Positions 54,594 through 64,000 of a stretch of DNA of 64,000 nucleotides are shown one piece after another. The notes beneath the pieces were generated by a model. That model saw only the letters and a list, made by a program, of their open reading frames with translations. It ran no database searches and was not told where the DNA came from. This stretch comes from Alphaproteobacteria bacterium (GTDB lineage Bacteria > Pseudomonadota > Alphaproteobacteria > UBA6615), in assembly GCA_011087645.1 (NCBI GenBank), contig JAALLF010000001.1:143687-207686 (forward strand), given 5' to 3'. The translations under genes were made by a program, and so were the position numbers. Position 1 is the first letter of the stretch; every line of letters begins with the position of its first letter.

Positions 54594-55001
54594 ATGGCCA
54601 CCATGTCCGGGCCGATTTTTCATAGCTTCAGTGCAGCACCAACCCCGGTGGCGCCGTTTAGCCATGCTGTCGAATGCGACGGCTGGGTCCAGCTCACCGG
54701 ACAGATGCCCACGGACCCCGATGATGATGCAAGCCCCCTACCGGAAGGTGCCGCGGCGCAAACCCGGCGGGTTATGGACAACCTGATCATCGTCCTCGGT
54801 GAACTGGGATTGTCGTTGGATAATGTAATTTCGGCGCGGGTCTACATTACCGAATTCGAACGCGACTACGATATTATGAACGAGACCTACAAATCCTATT
54901 TCCCCACCGATCGCCTGCCGGCACGCACATGCGTCGGCGTTACCGGACTAGCCCGCAACGCGTTGGTGGAAATCGACATGGTGGCGAAACGCCCTGCCTG
55001 A
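54594..55001 (+). CDS. RidA (YjgF/TdcF) family reactive-intermediate deaminase
   Basis: 135 aa; RidA signature near C-terminus (PARTCVGVTGLARNALVEIDMVA). Confidence 0.8.
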   Translation: MATMSGPIFHSFSAAPTPVAPFSHAVECDGWVQLTGQMPTDPDDDASPLPEGAAAQTRRVMDNLIIVLGELGLSLDNVISARVYITEFERDYDIMNETYKSYFPTDRLPARTCVGVTGLARNALVEIDMVAKRPA

Positions 55002-55077
55002 TTTGTCGAAAATCCATCACACCGGCTCTGATAGTTGATTTAGGGTGGGGCCGGCGACTGTCAGCTTTCAGCAAAAT

Positions 55078-55593
55078 TTAGGATTCCGGATCGTCCACCG
55101 GCACACCGGATTCGTGCTTGGATGTGCGGATTACCTGGAACGTCTGCACGGTCGTGACATGCTCGACGCTGGTTAGCCGGGTGGTGAGTTCATTTTCGTG
55201 GGAGGTGTTTCGCGCGACCATGCGCAGCAAAAAGTCACCACCGCCACGGATCATGTCGCAGCGCCGCACTTCCGGCCAGGCGCCCACTTGCGCTTCGAAG
55301 CCGGCGAGCACTTCACCGGCCTGGCTGTCGAGGCCGACCAGCGCGTGGAACGACACTTCATAGCCGAGCAACTCGCCATCCAGTTCGGCATGGAAACCCT
55401 TGATGTAACCGGCGGCCTCCAACGCCCGCACCCGCCGCAAGCAGGGCGGCGCGGAGATGCCTGAAAGCCGGGCGAGTTCCACATTGGTCATACGGCCATC
55501 GTCGCGCAGATGGCGCAGAATACGGCGATCAATGGCGTCCAGCTTGACCCGGCGGTTGGCGTCGGTATCGGTGGGATCGGAAGTTGTCGTCAT
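55078..55593 (-). CDS. Lrp/AsnC-family transcriptional regulator
   Basis: Start MTTTSDP within track ORF 55078..55710; AsnC HTH (LDAIDRRILRHLRDDGRMTNVELARLSGISAPPCLRRVRALE) + RAM domain. Confidence 0.85.
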   Translation of the reverse strand: MTTTSDPTDTDANRRVKLDAIDRRILRHLRDDGRMTNVELARLSGISAPPCLRRVRALEAAGYIKGFHAELDGELLGYEVSFHALVGLDSQAGEVLAGFEAQVGAWPEVRRCDMIRGGGDFLLRMVARNTSHENELTTRLTSVEHVTTVQTFQVIRTSKHESGVPVDDPES

Positions 55594-55748
55594 GAACACC
55601 ATGTCTCCAAAATTCGCCGCGCGATTATTAGGAATCATCGCGGCCGGTCGCCTATATTGGCTGTACACGGGCTGGCAGGCCGATGCTAGCAAATTGAAAT
55701 AATATTTCAATCGGCGCTAGGCCCGATTTCTAACTGTTCGAGTTCTTC

Positions 55749-56753
55749 GTGACCGACGCCGCCACCGAAAACCCCTCCGGCACCGCGCCTGTAACCTGGA
55801 TCGTGACCGACGGCCGGCTGGGTATGATCAATCAATGCCGCGGTCTGGCCGCCGCGCTGGGGGTGCAAGCAGCGGAGAAGGTAATCGCGCTTGCACGGCC
55901 ATGGAAGTGGGTGCCGCCGGCGATAACCCCGGCGCGGCTCAGTGTGCTGGCCGCGTCGGGCGACCCATTGGCGCCGCCGTGGCCAGATCTGCTGATCGCC
56001 ACGGGGCGAAAATCGGTGGCGCCGGCCTTGGCGGTCCGGCGCGCCAGCGGTGGACAGACCTTTTGCGTGCAGATCCAAAACCCCGATATCGCCTTGGAAA
56101 AATTCGATCTGGTCATCGCCCCCGGCCACGACCGGCTGGTCGGCGCCAATGTCTTCAGCACCCTGGGCTCGTTGCACGGCGTGACCAGCACCGTCCTCGA
56201 TGACGCCAGGACCCGTTTCGCCAACGACCTCGCTGCACCGCCGCGACCACTGATCGCCGTGTTGTTGGGCGGCAACAATGCGGTCTATCACCTCGACGCT
56301 GCGCACGCCGCGCGGCTGGCCGACGATCTTGCGACGCTCGCGAACGCGCAAGGCTGCGGCCTCGCCATCACCGCCTCGCCACGCACCCCGCCGGAAGCGG
56401 TCGATGTCATCAAACAAGGTCTGGCGACCGAATTGACCAACGGGTCGGCGCTATTCTGGGATGGCGCCGACGCCAACCCTTATCTGGGCTATTTGGCCCA
56501 CGCCGACGCCATCCTGGTGACTGGTGATTCGGTGAACATGGTCAGCGAAGCCGCGGCGACTGGCAAACCGGTCCATATCATCGAATTAGCCGGCGGGTCG
56601 GATAAGTTCAGCCGCTTTCATACCGTCATGGCCCAAGCCGGCATCACCCGGCCCTTCGCCGGTAAGGTCGAACAGTGGTCCTATAAGGTCCCCAGTGATA
56701 CCGCGCAGGCGGCCGCGGAAATCCGCCGCCGCATGAGCCAAGCGGGCGCGTGA
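55749..56753 (+). CDS. ELM1/GtrOC1-family putative glycosyltransferase (mitochondrial-fission ELM1-like)
   Basis: 334 aa; ELM1-family layout (WIVTDGRLGMINQCRGLAAAL ... LIAVLLGGNN ... ILVTGDSVNMVSEA). Confidence 0.55.
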   Translation: MTDAATENPSGTAPVTWIVTDGRLGMINQCRGLAAALGVQAAEKVIALARPWKWVPPAITPARLSVLAASGDPLAPPWPDLLIATGRKSVAPALAVRRASGGQTFCVQIQNPDIALEKFDLVIAPGHDRLVGANVFSTLGSLHGVTSTVLDDARTRFANDLAAPPRPLIAVLLGGNNAVYHLDAAHAARLADDLATLANAQGCGLAITASPRTPPEAVDVIKQGLATELTNGSALFWDGADANPYLGYLAHADAILVTGDSVNMVSEAAATGKPVHIIELAGGSDKFSRFHTVMAQAGITRPFAGKVEQWSYKVPSDTAQAAAEIRRRMSQAGA

Positions 56754-56801
56754 GGCATTATGCCCTTTGCAATCACTCGATCTGCGGTCTAAGAGACCGG
56801 C

Positions 56802-57419
56802 ATGGCCGCGCTTGATTTAGCCTCGATTGACTCCGCTTCGGCGAGCCACGACCCGTTCGATTACGTCATCGTACCCGGCGTTATTTCCAGCGATGTCTTA
56901 CCGGCGATTCACCAAGACTTTCCCAAAATCGACAAGCCGGGCAGTTACCCGGTGTCGCAGCTCGACTATGGACCGCGCTTCGACGCACTGCTCGATGAAT
57001 TGCGGTCTGCCCCATTCGCCGAACGGGTCGGCGCCAAATTAGGCATCGAGCTGACCGGCCGGCCAACGATGATCACCGTGCGCGGCCAGTGCCGCGCCAC
57101 CGATGGTAAGATACATACCGATTCTGCTGGCAAGCTGGTCACCGTCCTGCTGTACCTCAACCCGTCCTGGGAGGCGCCGGGCGGCCAGTTGCGCCTGCTG
57201 CACAACGACCATGACCTGGAAAATTATGCCGCCGAGGTGCCCCCGCAAGAGGGCACTATGGTCGCCTTCACCTGCCGCCCCGACGCTTGGCACGGTCACC
57301 ACAGTTTCGAGGGCCAGCGCCGTACGATCCAGCTAAACTGGGTGCGCAGCCGGGGTTATAAAATGCGCGAACAGGTACGCCATGGCCTATCGGCCAGTTT
57401 GAAGAAAATAACCGGCTAA
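56802..57419 (+). CDS. 2OG-Fe(II) oxygenase superfamily protein (prolyl-hydroxylase-like)
   Basis: 205 aa; facial triad HTD ... H (IHTDSAGK, WHGHHSF) and Arg for 2OG binding (RRTIQLNW). Confidence 0.65.
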   Translation: MAALDLASIDSASASHDPFDYVIVPGVISSDVLPAIHQDFPKIDKPGSYPVSQLDYGPRFDALLDELRSAPFAERVGAKLGIELTGRPTMITVRGQCRATDGKIHTDSAGKLVTVLLYLNPSWEAPGGQLRLLHNDHDLENYAAEVPPQEGTMVAFTCRPDAWHGHHSFEGQRRTIQLNWVRSRGYKMREQVRHGLSASLKKITG

Positions 57420-57502
57420 GCTGGACGACGGAGGTTACGGCCATCGCGCTCAATATCGACACATTTTCCAATATCTCGGGCGGCTTTCCGTTCTTCAAGG
57501 CC

Positions 57503-59431
57503 GTGGGTCATCCCGCCGCCGCGCCGAAAGTGCGCGACCTGCTCACACGTTTAGCCGGGCGCGGTTCGGTGGCGGTCTACGATCCCACGGGCTTTGCGAC
57601 AGCGTTCGCCGAGATCTATCCGCTGGCCGACCTCGATATTGCCCACGTCTATGTGCAGGACCTGGCGGCGCTGGGCCAACAGATCCTCGGCCGCGCGACC
57701 CAGCCGGTGACCGATCTGGCCGCCGCCGAAGTCCCGTCGCTGCTGGTAGTCGCCTTCGACGCCGACAAAATCGTGCGCGACATCGCCCACCTGGTGCCGC
57801 CAGGCACCGAAATTGCGACCCTCGACGAGGTTCGCCTCGACGAGAACCGGCTGACCAACCCGCGGCGCTACCTCGACCCGCTCAATTTCGCCACAAACTT
57901 CGCCTGGTTCCGCGATGCGCCGGATAGCCGCGGCGGGCATCTGCACACAAGGGTGGCGACGGCCAATTATTGGCACCGCTATGGCGCCCACGACGTCACT
58001 CTATGGCTCACCTTGCTCGACGAGACCGGGGCGCCGGTCGCCGAATGGGAGCAGGCGCTGCCCGACTCTCCGGCCGGGGTTACCATCGACAGCGTCGCGA
58101 TCCGCCAGCGCTTCGGCCTCGGCGATTTCACCGGCCAGTTGCTGATCCACGCCGTTGGCGTCGCCGGCCACGACATCGTCAAATATGCCCTCGACACGTT
58201 CGGCGACGATGCGAGGGACCTTTCCTGCACCCACGACGCCAACGCTTGGCCGGCGGATTTTTATGCCGGCCTGCCGGCGCCCCAAGCCGATGAACGGGTG
58301 GTGCTGTGGATCCAGAACAGCCATCCCTGCCCGATCCCCGCCGACACCGTCGGGCTCAATGTTATGGGCGACGATAAAGGCGCGGTCTTTCTCAACGCCG
58401 AAATTCCGCCCTTCGCGACCCATGCGCTGAATGTCGCGCAACTGCTGCCCGAGACCCAATGGCCGCAACAACTCGAAGTGCGCGCCGGCAAGCATTTCGT
58501 GCGGCCGCGCTACGAGATCGAGAGGACGACGGATGACGGCGGCAGCCAACGGCGCATGGCCCACGCCAATGTGGAGCGCACCGATCTGGAGCCGGACCCG
58601 CAGATCGCCGAAATCGGCAACCTCATGGGCAAGGGCTTCCTGCTACCCGCGCCGGTGCTGCCGCCCGAGCGTTACCGCTCGATCCTACTACCGACGCCGA
58701 TGGCGACGACCCAACAGACCCTGCCGGTTGCGGCCCTGGTTTACGACGCGCAAGGCCGCGAGGTTGCTCGCCACGATTTCGGTGAACTGGTCCGCACCGA
58801 CAGCGTGGCCATCGACGCGGAGCAAATCGGCGGCGGCGCGCTCAACGGCGACGCCGGACATATGGAGCTAGTCTACGACTTCCCCGCCGCAACGCGCGGC
58901 GTCGATGGCTGGCTGCACGCGCTGTTCCGCTATGAAGACCGGGTGACCGGCCACGCCGCGGAATCGAGCTTCGGCGCCCATATTTTCAATACCGTGCTGA
59001 CCTGGAAGGGCGAGCCGCAGTCCTATACCGGCAACCCGCCGGGCCTGTCGACGCGCCTGTTCCTGCGCACCGCGCCCAGCATGGCGGTCCCCGGCGCGGC
59101 GACCAAGGGCGACGGCGACGACACATTCTGCCATTTGATCTACCCGGCCTCGACGCCGTGGCACGGCGCCTCGCAGACCAACCTCACCCTGCACGCCGGC
59201 GACGGTAGCGAAGTGGCGACCCGCACCGTCAATATCGCGTGTGGCGGCTCGCTCTATTGGCGCTTGTCCGACATGTTCGACAAAGCCGAGCGCCAACGCG
59301 CCGCCGAACCGGGCCCGGTGGGCGGCGGCTATGTGCTGATCCGCGATACCACCTGCCGCCTATTCGGCTATCATGGCCTGATCGCCGCCGACGGCGCGGC
59401 GTTCAGCTTGGACCATATGTTCGGATTTTAG
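57503..59431 (+). CDS. Large hypothetical protein (642 aa), no recognizable family
   Basis: Single uninterrupted ORF with codon usage like neighbours; no signal peptide, no known motifs detected by eye. Confidence 0.45.
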   Translation: MGHPAAAPKVRDLLTRLAGRGSVAVYDPTGFATAFAEIYPLADLDIAHVYVQDLAALGQQILGRATQPVTDLAAAEVPSLLVVAFDADKIVRDIAHLVPPGTEIATLDEVRLDENRLTNPRRYLDPLNFATNFAWFRDAPDSRGGHLHTRVATANYWHRYGAHDVTLWLTLLDETGAPVAEWEQALPDSPAGVTIDSVAIRQRFGLGDFTGQLLIHAVGVAGHDIVKYALDTFGDDARDLSCTHDANAWPADFYAGLPAPQADERVVLWIQNSHPCPIPADTVGLNVMGDDKGAVFLNAEIPPFATHALNVAQLLPETQWPQQLEVRAGKHFVRPRYEIERTTDDGGSQRRMAHANVERTDLEPDPQIAEIGNLMGKGFLLPAPVLPPERYRSILLPTPMATTQQTLPVAALVYDAQGREVARHDFGELVRTDSVAIDAEQIGGGALNGDAGHMELVYDFPAATRGVDGWLHALFRYEDRVTGHAAESSFGAHIFNTVLTWKGEPQSYTGNPPGLSTRLFLRTAPSMAVPGAATKGDGDDTFCHLIYPASTPWHGASQTNLTLHAGDGSEVATRTVNIACGGSLYWRLSDMFDKAERQRAAEPGPVGGGYVLIRDTTCRLFGYHGLIAADGAAFSLDHMFGF

Positions 59432-59449
59432 GGTAGAGGGAGAGAGGTC

Positions 59450-60181
59450 ATGGGCGAAAAAGAATCGACGATCGCCACCGCCGACGGCGAGATGTACGCG
59501 TTTTCCGCCTGGCCCGACGATGACGGGCCGCACCCGGTTGTGGTGATGTATATGGACGCGCCGGGCATCCGCGAGGAGCTGCGTAACTTCGCCCGCCGCA
59601 TCGCCGCCCAGGGTTATTACGCGCTGCTGCCTGATCTGTACTACCGGCTGGGCGACATCCGCTTTAACCTAAAAAATCGCAACGAGAAGATGGGCGAGAT
59701 GATCTTCGCCGCCTGGCATAGTCTGAGCAATGCCGGGGTGGCCAGCGACACCGCGGCGATGCTCGATTTTCTAGGGTCTGAAACCGCCGCGTCCGACGGT
59801 CCCATGGGCTGCGTCGGCTATTGCATGAGCGGCGCCTACATAGTCACCGTGGCCGGCACCTACCCCGATCGCTTTGCCGCCAACGCCTCGCTCTACGGGG
59901 TGTGGATCGTCACCGAGCACGACGATTCGCCCCATCTGCTGGCCGGCAAAATTCAGGGCGAGATGTATCTCGCCTTCGCCGAGCACGACCATTGGGTGCC
60001 CGACAATGTCATTCCAGATCTCACCGCCGCCTTCGACGCCAACGGCATTACTCATGAGATCGAGACCTATCCCGGCACCGAGCACGGCTACGCCTTCCCC
60101 GAGCGCGACATGTATAACGAGGCCGCCGCCGAGGCGACCTGGGAGAAGATGTTCGCGCTCTATGCCCGCACGCTGGGGTAG
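59450..60181 (+). CDS. Dienelactone hydrolase family protein
   Basis: 243 aa; alpha/beta-hydrolase DLH motifs (nucleophile elbow GYCMSG, His in GTEHGYA). Confidence 0.8.
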   Translation: MGEKESTIATADGEMYAFSAWPDDDGPHPVVVMYMDAPGIREELRNFARRIAAQGYYALLPDLYYRLGDIRFNLKNRNEKMGEMIFAAWHSLSNAGVASDTAAMLDFLGSETAASDGPMGCVGYCMSGAYIVTVAGTYPDRFAANASLYGVWIVTEHDDSPHLLAGKIQGEMYLAFAEHDHWVPDNVIPDLTAAFDANGITHEIETYPGTEHGYAFPERDMYNEAAAEATWEKMFALYARTLG

Positions 60182-60277
60182 AGGCTCGCCTCCCTCTTAA
60201 ACGGCCTTTAAACGCTGACGTTTACAACGTACCTTTAATTACGCTATAAATGTTCTTGTTTTGTTCTGGATTGAAAT

Positions 60278-61048
60278 ATGGCCGACAAATCATCTATCGA
60301 ATGGACAAACGCGACGTGGAACCCGGTTACGGGCTGCACAAAGATTAGCGCGGGCTGCGATAATTGTTACGCAGAGCGCTTTGCTGAGAGATTTCGCGGG
60401 GTACCGGATCATCCGTTCGAAACCGGGTTCGACCTTACACTTCGACCGGATCGGCTTAAGCAGCCGCTGAGCTGGAAGCAACATCGGATGATCTTTGTGA
60501 ATTCGATGAGCGACCTGTTCCATAAGGGCGTGAGCAACGATTTTATCGATCAAGTATTCGATACGATGGAAGAGGCGCACCATCACACGTTTCAGATTTT
60601 GACCAAGCGCAGTTCAAGAATGCGCAATTACGTCGACGCACGGTACGGCGACGACACCGCGCCGCGACATATCTGGCTGGGGACGTCGGTTGAGGACGGA
60701 ACCAAGAAATCGCGAATTCGGCACATTCAAAGAATGGCTGCGACGGTTCGGTTTCTCTCCATCGAACCTCTGATCGGTCCGGTCGGAGAGCTTGATCTCG
60801 ACGGCATCCATTGGGTCATTGTTGGCGGCGAAAGCGGTCCACGCGCACGTCCTATTGATCCTGAATGGGTCCGCGATATTCGCGATCAATGCCAGGAAAC
60901 CAATGTGGCCTTCTTCTTCAAGCAGTGGGGCGGATTTCGGCCGAAGTCGGGAGGACGGATGCTGGATGGCCAGGAATGGAGCGAGTTTCCGACACTGATT
61001 GATTCGCCTTCATCTCAGTCTGTTTTCATAACGAACCCAGGTGAATGA
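60278..61048 (+). CDS. Phage Gp37/Gp68 (DUF5131) family three-Cys-motif protein
   Basis: 256 aa; N-terminal IEWTNATWNPVTGCTKISAGCDNCYAE (C-x6-C-x2-C), HHH triplet, C-terminal WVIVGGESGP...FFFKQWGG typical of this family; lower GC than flanks. Confidence 0.7.
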   Translation: MADKSSIEWTNATWNPVTGCTKISAGCDNCYAERFAERFRGVPDHPFETGFDLTLRPDRLKQPLSWKQHRMIFVNSMSDLFHKGVSNDFIDQVFDTMEEAHHHTFQILTKRSSRMRNYVDARYGDDTAPRHIWLGTSVEDGTKKSRIRHIQRMAATVRFLSIEPLIGPVGELDLDGIHWVIVGGESGPRARPIDPEWVRDIRDQCQETNVAFFFKQWGGFRPKSGGRMLDGQEWSEFPTLIDSPSSQSVFITNPGE

Positions 61049-61965
61049 CGAGTTATAAGCAAGACGGAACTGTCGGGCCATGGGCCCACGAAAAGCTGGA
61101 TTGCTTGGGCAAATACTTGGCCGCGTATACGACTGTCCTCCGCAAAAGATCTTGGTGTGAAGGTTATTTCTACATTGATGCATTTGCCGGTGCCGGAAAG
61201 GCCCCATTAAGAAAAGAACAGGCTGGCACACCTGCCGAGCGGCAGGTTCAACAAGCTATATTCGAAGACTTGGTGCAAAGTGCCGACGATAACGACAAGT
61301 CAACTTATGTCGAAGGGTCGCCATACGTGGCGCTCGACATTCCACACCCATTCACTCGCTACTATTTCATAGATTTGAATTCCGAACTTACTTCGAAATT
61401 GAACTCAATAGCCGATGAATATGGAGACACACGCGACATTCGCATACTTCCAGCTGACGCCAATCATGCGATCACCGAAAATATTCTAGGAGATACCAGC
61501 ATAAACTGGCGCAAAAACCGCGCGGTAATATTTCTCGACCCATTCGGCATGCAAGTGAAGTGGGACACCATAGCAAAAATCGCGACCACTAACGCGATTG
61601 AGATCATCGTCAATCTTCCCGTGGGAATGGCTATTCAGCGATTGTTGGCTCGTTCGGGCGAGATAAGCGAGGCTCGTCGTAATACTCTTAATGAATATTT
61701 CGGAACGGACGAATGGGAAAATATCGTCTATGAACAATCTACCGACTTATTTGGCGACCGCGTCGACAAGGTGGAAAACTCAGGACATAGGCTCGCGCGT
61801 TGGTACCAAGGTCGCCTGAAGGAGGCATTCGGATACGCCTCACCGGCGAGACTAATTAGAAACTCTCAACGCGGTCATCTGTATTACTTGTTATGGGCTG
61901 GTCCAAATAAGACAGGTGCTAAGATCGCCACACACGTATTGAGCCAAGGCGAAGCGATCGATTAG
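61045..61965 (+). CDS. Three-Cys-motif partner protein (TcmP-like), methyltransferase-fold-like
   Basis: 306 aa; start overlaps upstream stop (ATGA); motifs FYIDAFAGAGK (Gly-rich motif I-like) and VIFLDPFG (motif IV (D/N)PP(F/Y)-like). Confidence 0.6.
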   Translation: MTSYKQDGTVGPWAHEKLDCLGKYLAAYTTVLRKRSWCEGYFYIDAFAGAGKAPLRKEQAGTPAERQVQQAIFEDLVQSADDNDKSTYVEGSPYVALDIPHPFTRYYFIDLNSELTSKLNSIADEYGDTRDIRILPADANHAITENILGDTSINWRKNRAVIFLDPFGMQVKWDTIAKIATTNAIEIIVNLPVGMAIQRLLARSGEISEARRNTLNEYFGTDEWENIVYEQSTDLFGDRVDKVENSGHRLARWYQGRLKEAFGYASPARLIRNSQRGHLYYLLWAGPNKTGAKIATHVLSQGEAID

Positions 61966-62032
61966 AACCCTTGCGTCTCGCCCGGTCGGCTGAAACAATT
62001 CTAAAAATAATAGTTCAGGGGGAGTTACCATC

Positions 62033-63142
62033 ATGGATACCCGCGCCGCGGTCGCGCATGAAGCCGGCCAACCGCTTGCCATCGAAACCGTACAGCTCGA
62101 CGGGCCGAAAGCCGGCGAAGTGCTGGTCGAGATCAAGGCCACCGGCATCTGTCATACCGACGAATTCACGCTCTCGGGCGCCGATCCGGAGGGGCTGTTC
62201 CCGTCCGTCCTCGGCCATGAGGGCGCCGGCGTGGTGGTCGATGTGGGGCCCGGGGTCAACAGCCTCAAGCCCGGCGACCATGTCATTCCGCTCTACACGC
62301 CGGAATGCCGCACTTGCGACTATTGTTTAAGCGGCAAGACCAATCTCTGCCAGTCGATCCGCGAGACCCAGGGCCAGGGCGTCATGCCCGACGGCTCATC
62401 GCGTTTCTCGCTCGGCGGCGATCCGCTGTTCCACTATATGGGCACCTCGACCTTCTCCAACTTCACCGTCTTGCCCGAGATCGCGGCGGCAAAAATTCGC
62501 GAGGACGCGCCGTTCGAGAAGGTCTGCTACATCGGCTGCGGCGTCACCACCGGCCTCGGCGCGGTGATCAACACGGCCAAGGTCCAGCCCGGCGAGAATG
62601 TGGTGGTGTTCGGGCTCGGCGGCATCGGCCTCAACGTCATTCAGGGCGCACGGCTAGTCGGCGCCGATATGATCGTCGGCGTTGATTTAAACCCGGAGCG
62701 CCGCGCCATCGCCGAAAAATTCGGCATGACCCATTTCGTCAATCCAAAAGAGGTCGACGGCGACCTGGTGGCCTACTTGGTCGATTTGACCAAGGGCGGC
62801 GCCGACCATTCGTTCGAGTGCATCGGCAACGTGGAAGTGATGCGCCAAGCATTGGAATGCTGTCACAAGGGATGGGGCAAATCGACCATCATCGGCGTTG
62901 CCCCGGCGGGTGCCGAGATCGCCACCCGGCCGTTCCAATTGGTCACCGGACGGGTCTGGCAAGGCACCGCGTTCGGCGGCGCAAAAGGCCGCACCGACGT
63001 ACCGAAAATCGTCGATTGGTATATGGACGGCAAGATCAATATCGACGATCTGATCACCCATGTGATGCCGTTGGACGAGATCAACAACGCCTTCGACTTG
63101 ATGCACAAGGGCGAATCGATCCGCAGCGTGGTGACGTTCTAA
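62033..63142 (+). CDS. frmA: S-(hydroxymethyl)glutathione dehydrogenase / class III alcohol dehydrogenase
   Basis: 369 aa; Zn-ADH motifs ([18 protein letters not shown], structural Zn CxxCxxC...C: [15 protein letters not shown]) and NAD fold GLGGIGLNV; near-colinear with FrmA/AdhC. Confidence 0.92.
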   Translation: MDTRAAVAHEAGQPLAIETVQLDGPKAGEVLVEIKATGICHTDEFTLSGADPEGLFPSVLGHEGAGVVVDVGPGVNSLKPGDHVIPLYTPECRTCDYCLSGKTNLCQSIRETQGQGVMPDGSSRFSLGGDPLFHYMGTSTFSNFTVLPEIAAAKIREDAPFEKVCYIGCGVTTGLGAVINTAKVQPGENVVVFGLGGIGLNVIQGARLVGADMIVGVDLNPERRAIAEKFGMTHFVNPKEVDGDLVAYLVDLTKGGADHSFECIGNVEVMRQALECCHKGWGKSTIIGVAPAGAEIATRPFQLVTGRVWQGTAFGGAKGRTDVPKIVDWYMDGKINIDDLITHVMPLDEINNAFDLMHKGESIRSVVTF

Positions 63143-63289
63143 ATCATTCAAACACTTGTGACGGATAGCGCCAGTCTTGCCTCGCGGCAATGGCCCGACT
63201 ATCTAAAGACGAACGAAAACATTTCGGTCCCCTAGCCGTCTCGGCCGGGTAGACCGTGATTACCCGCAAATCCCCAGGAACCCCGTGAT

Positions 63290-64000
63290 ATGTCCGAAAC
63301 CCACCATTCGAAAGTTCTCATCGTCGGCTCCGGCGCCGCCGGTTGCACCGCCGCGGTCTACGCTGCGCGCGCCAATTTGAAGCCGACCATGATCCACGGC
63401 ATGCAGCCTGGCGGTCAGCTCACCATCACCACCGATGTGGAAAATTATCCCGGCTTCGCCGATGCGATCCAGGGACCCTGGCTAATGGAGCAGATGGAAG
63501 CCCAGGCGGAAAATGTCGGCACCGAGATCGTCAACGATGTGGTGGTGAATATCGACTTCAGCACCCGCCCCTTCAAATGTGAATGCGATTCCGGCGACGT
63601 CTATACTGGCGACACTCTGATCATCACCACCGGCGCGTCGGCGCGCTGGCTAGGCTTGGAGTCCGAACAGAAGTTCAGCGGCTTCGGGGTATCGGCCTGC
63701 GCCACCTGCGACGGATTTTTCTACCGGGACAAACCGGTGATGGTGGTCGGCGGCGGCAACACGGCGGTCGAGGAAGCGCTGTTCCTGACCAATTTCGCCA
63801 CCAAGGTGACGGTGGTGCACCGGCGCGACGAATTTCGCGCGGAAAAAATCATGCAAGACCGCCTATTCCGCAACGAGAAGATCGAAGTGGTCTGGGACTC
63901 GGTGTTGGAAGAAGCGGTGGGTACCGATAACCCGCCGGGGGTCACCGGCGCGCGTATCCGCAACGTCAAAACCGACGAGATCACGGAAGTCCCGGTCGAC
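63290..64000 (+). CDS. trxB: Thioredoxin-disulfide reductase, N-terminal part (runs off window end)
   Basis: ATG at 63290, open to window end (not in ORF track because no stop); translation MSETHHSKVLIVGSGAAGCTAAVYAARANL ... redox-active CATCDGFFY ... VVGGGNTAVEEALFL. Confidence 0.85.
   Translation, partial: MSETHHSKVLIVGSGAAGCTAAVYAARANLKPTMIHGMQPGGQLTITTDVENYPGFADAIQGPWLMEQMEAQAENVGTEIVNDVVVNIDFSTRPFKCECDSGDVYTGDTLIITTGASARWLGLESEQKFSGFGVSACATCDGFFYRDKPVMVVGGGNTAVEEALFLTNFATKVTVVHRRDEFRAEKIMQDRLFRNEKIEVVWDSVLEEAVGTDNPPGVTGARIRNVKTDEITEVPVD

Overview
High-GC (~65%) alphaproteobacterial chromosome segment, mostly core housekeeping genes, with no rRNA, CRISPR array, IS element or integrase detected. 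Calls rest on reading the six-frame translations for family-specific motifs. Core genes: recN (3' end), ligA, aminopeptidase P, prmA, uvrD, a sahR-metF-metH methionine operon (metH broken by a 1-nt frameshift), mlaA/mlaC, ettA, a queG-queF-queA cluster with a divergent yhhQ transporter, tRNA-Met, rpoD-dnaG, carA-carB, greA, frmA, and trxB (5' end). Two regions are candidates for undescribed systems. (1) 60.2-62.0 kb: a low-GC two-gene islet encoding a Gp37/Gp68 (DUF5131) three-Cys protein translationally coupled to a TcmP-like partner carrying methyltransferase-like motifs. (2) 29.2-37.5 kb: a same-strand cluster of cytochrome c and a Tat-exported ferritin-like protein, an ECF sigma factor, two tandem ChrR/RskA-like anti-sigma paralogs, a secreted DUF4331 protein with a His/Asn-Gly-rich tail, a TPR protein, an N-terminally extended HupE/UreJ membrane protein and a cysteine hydrolase. 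Other items: a composite GC-rich palindromic repeat with a related partial copy elsewhere, a perfect 26-bp inverted repeat downstream of rpoD, two 29-bp TetR-operator-like direct repeats, an AT-rich 360-bp leader upstream of sahR, a 642-aa orphan protein, and an S1C protease homolog with apparently degenerate catalytic residues.
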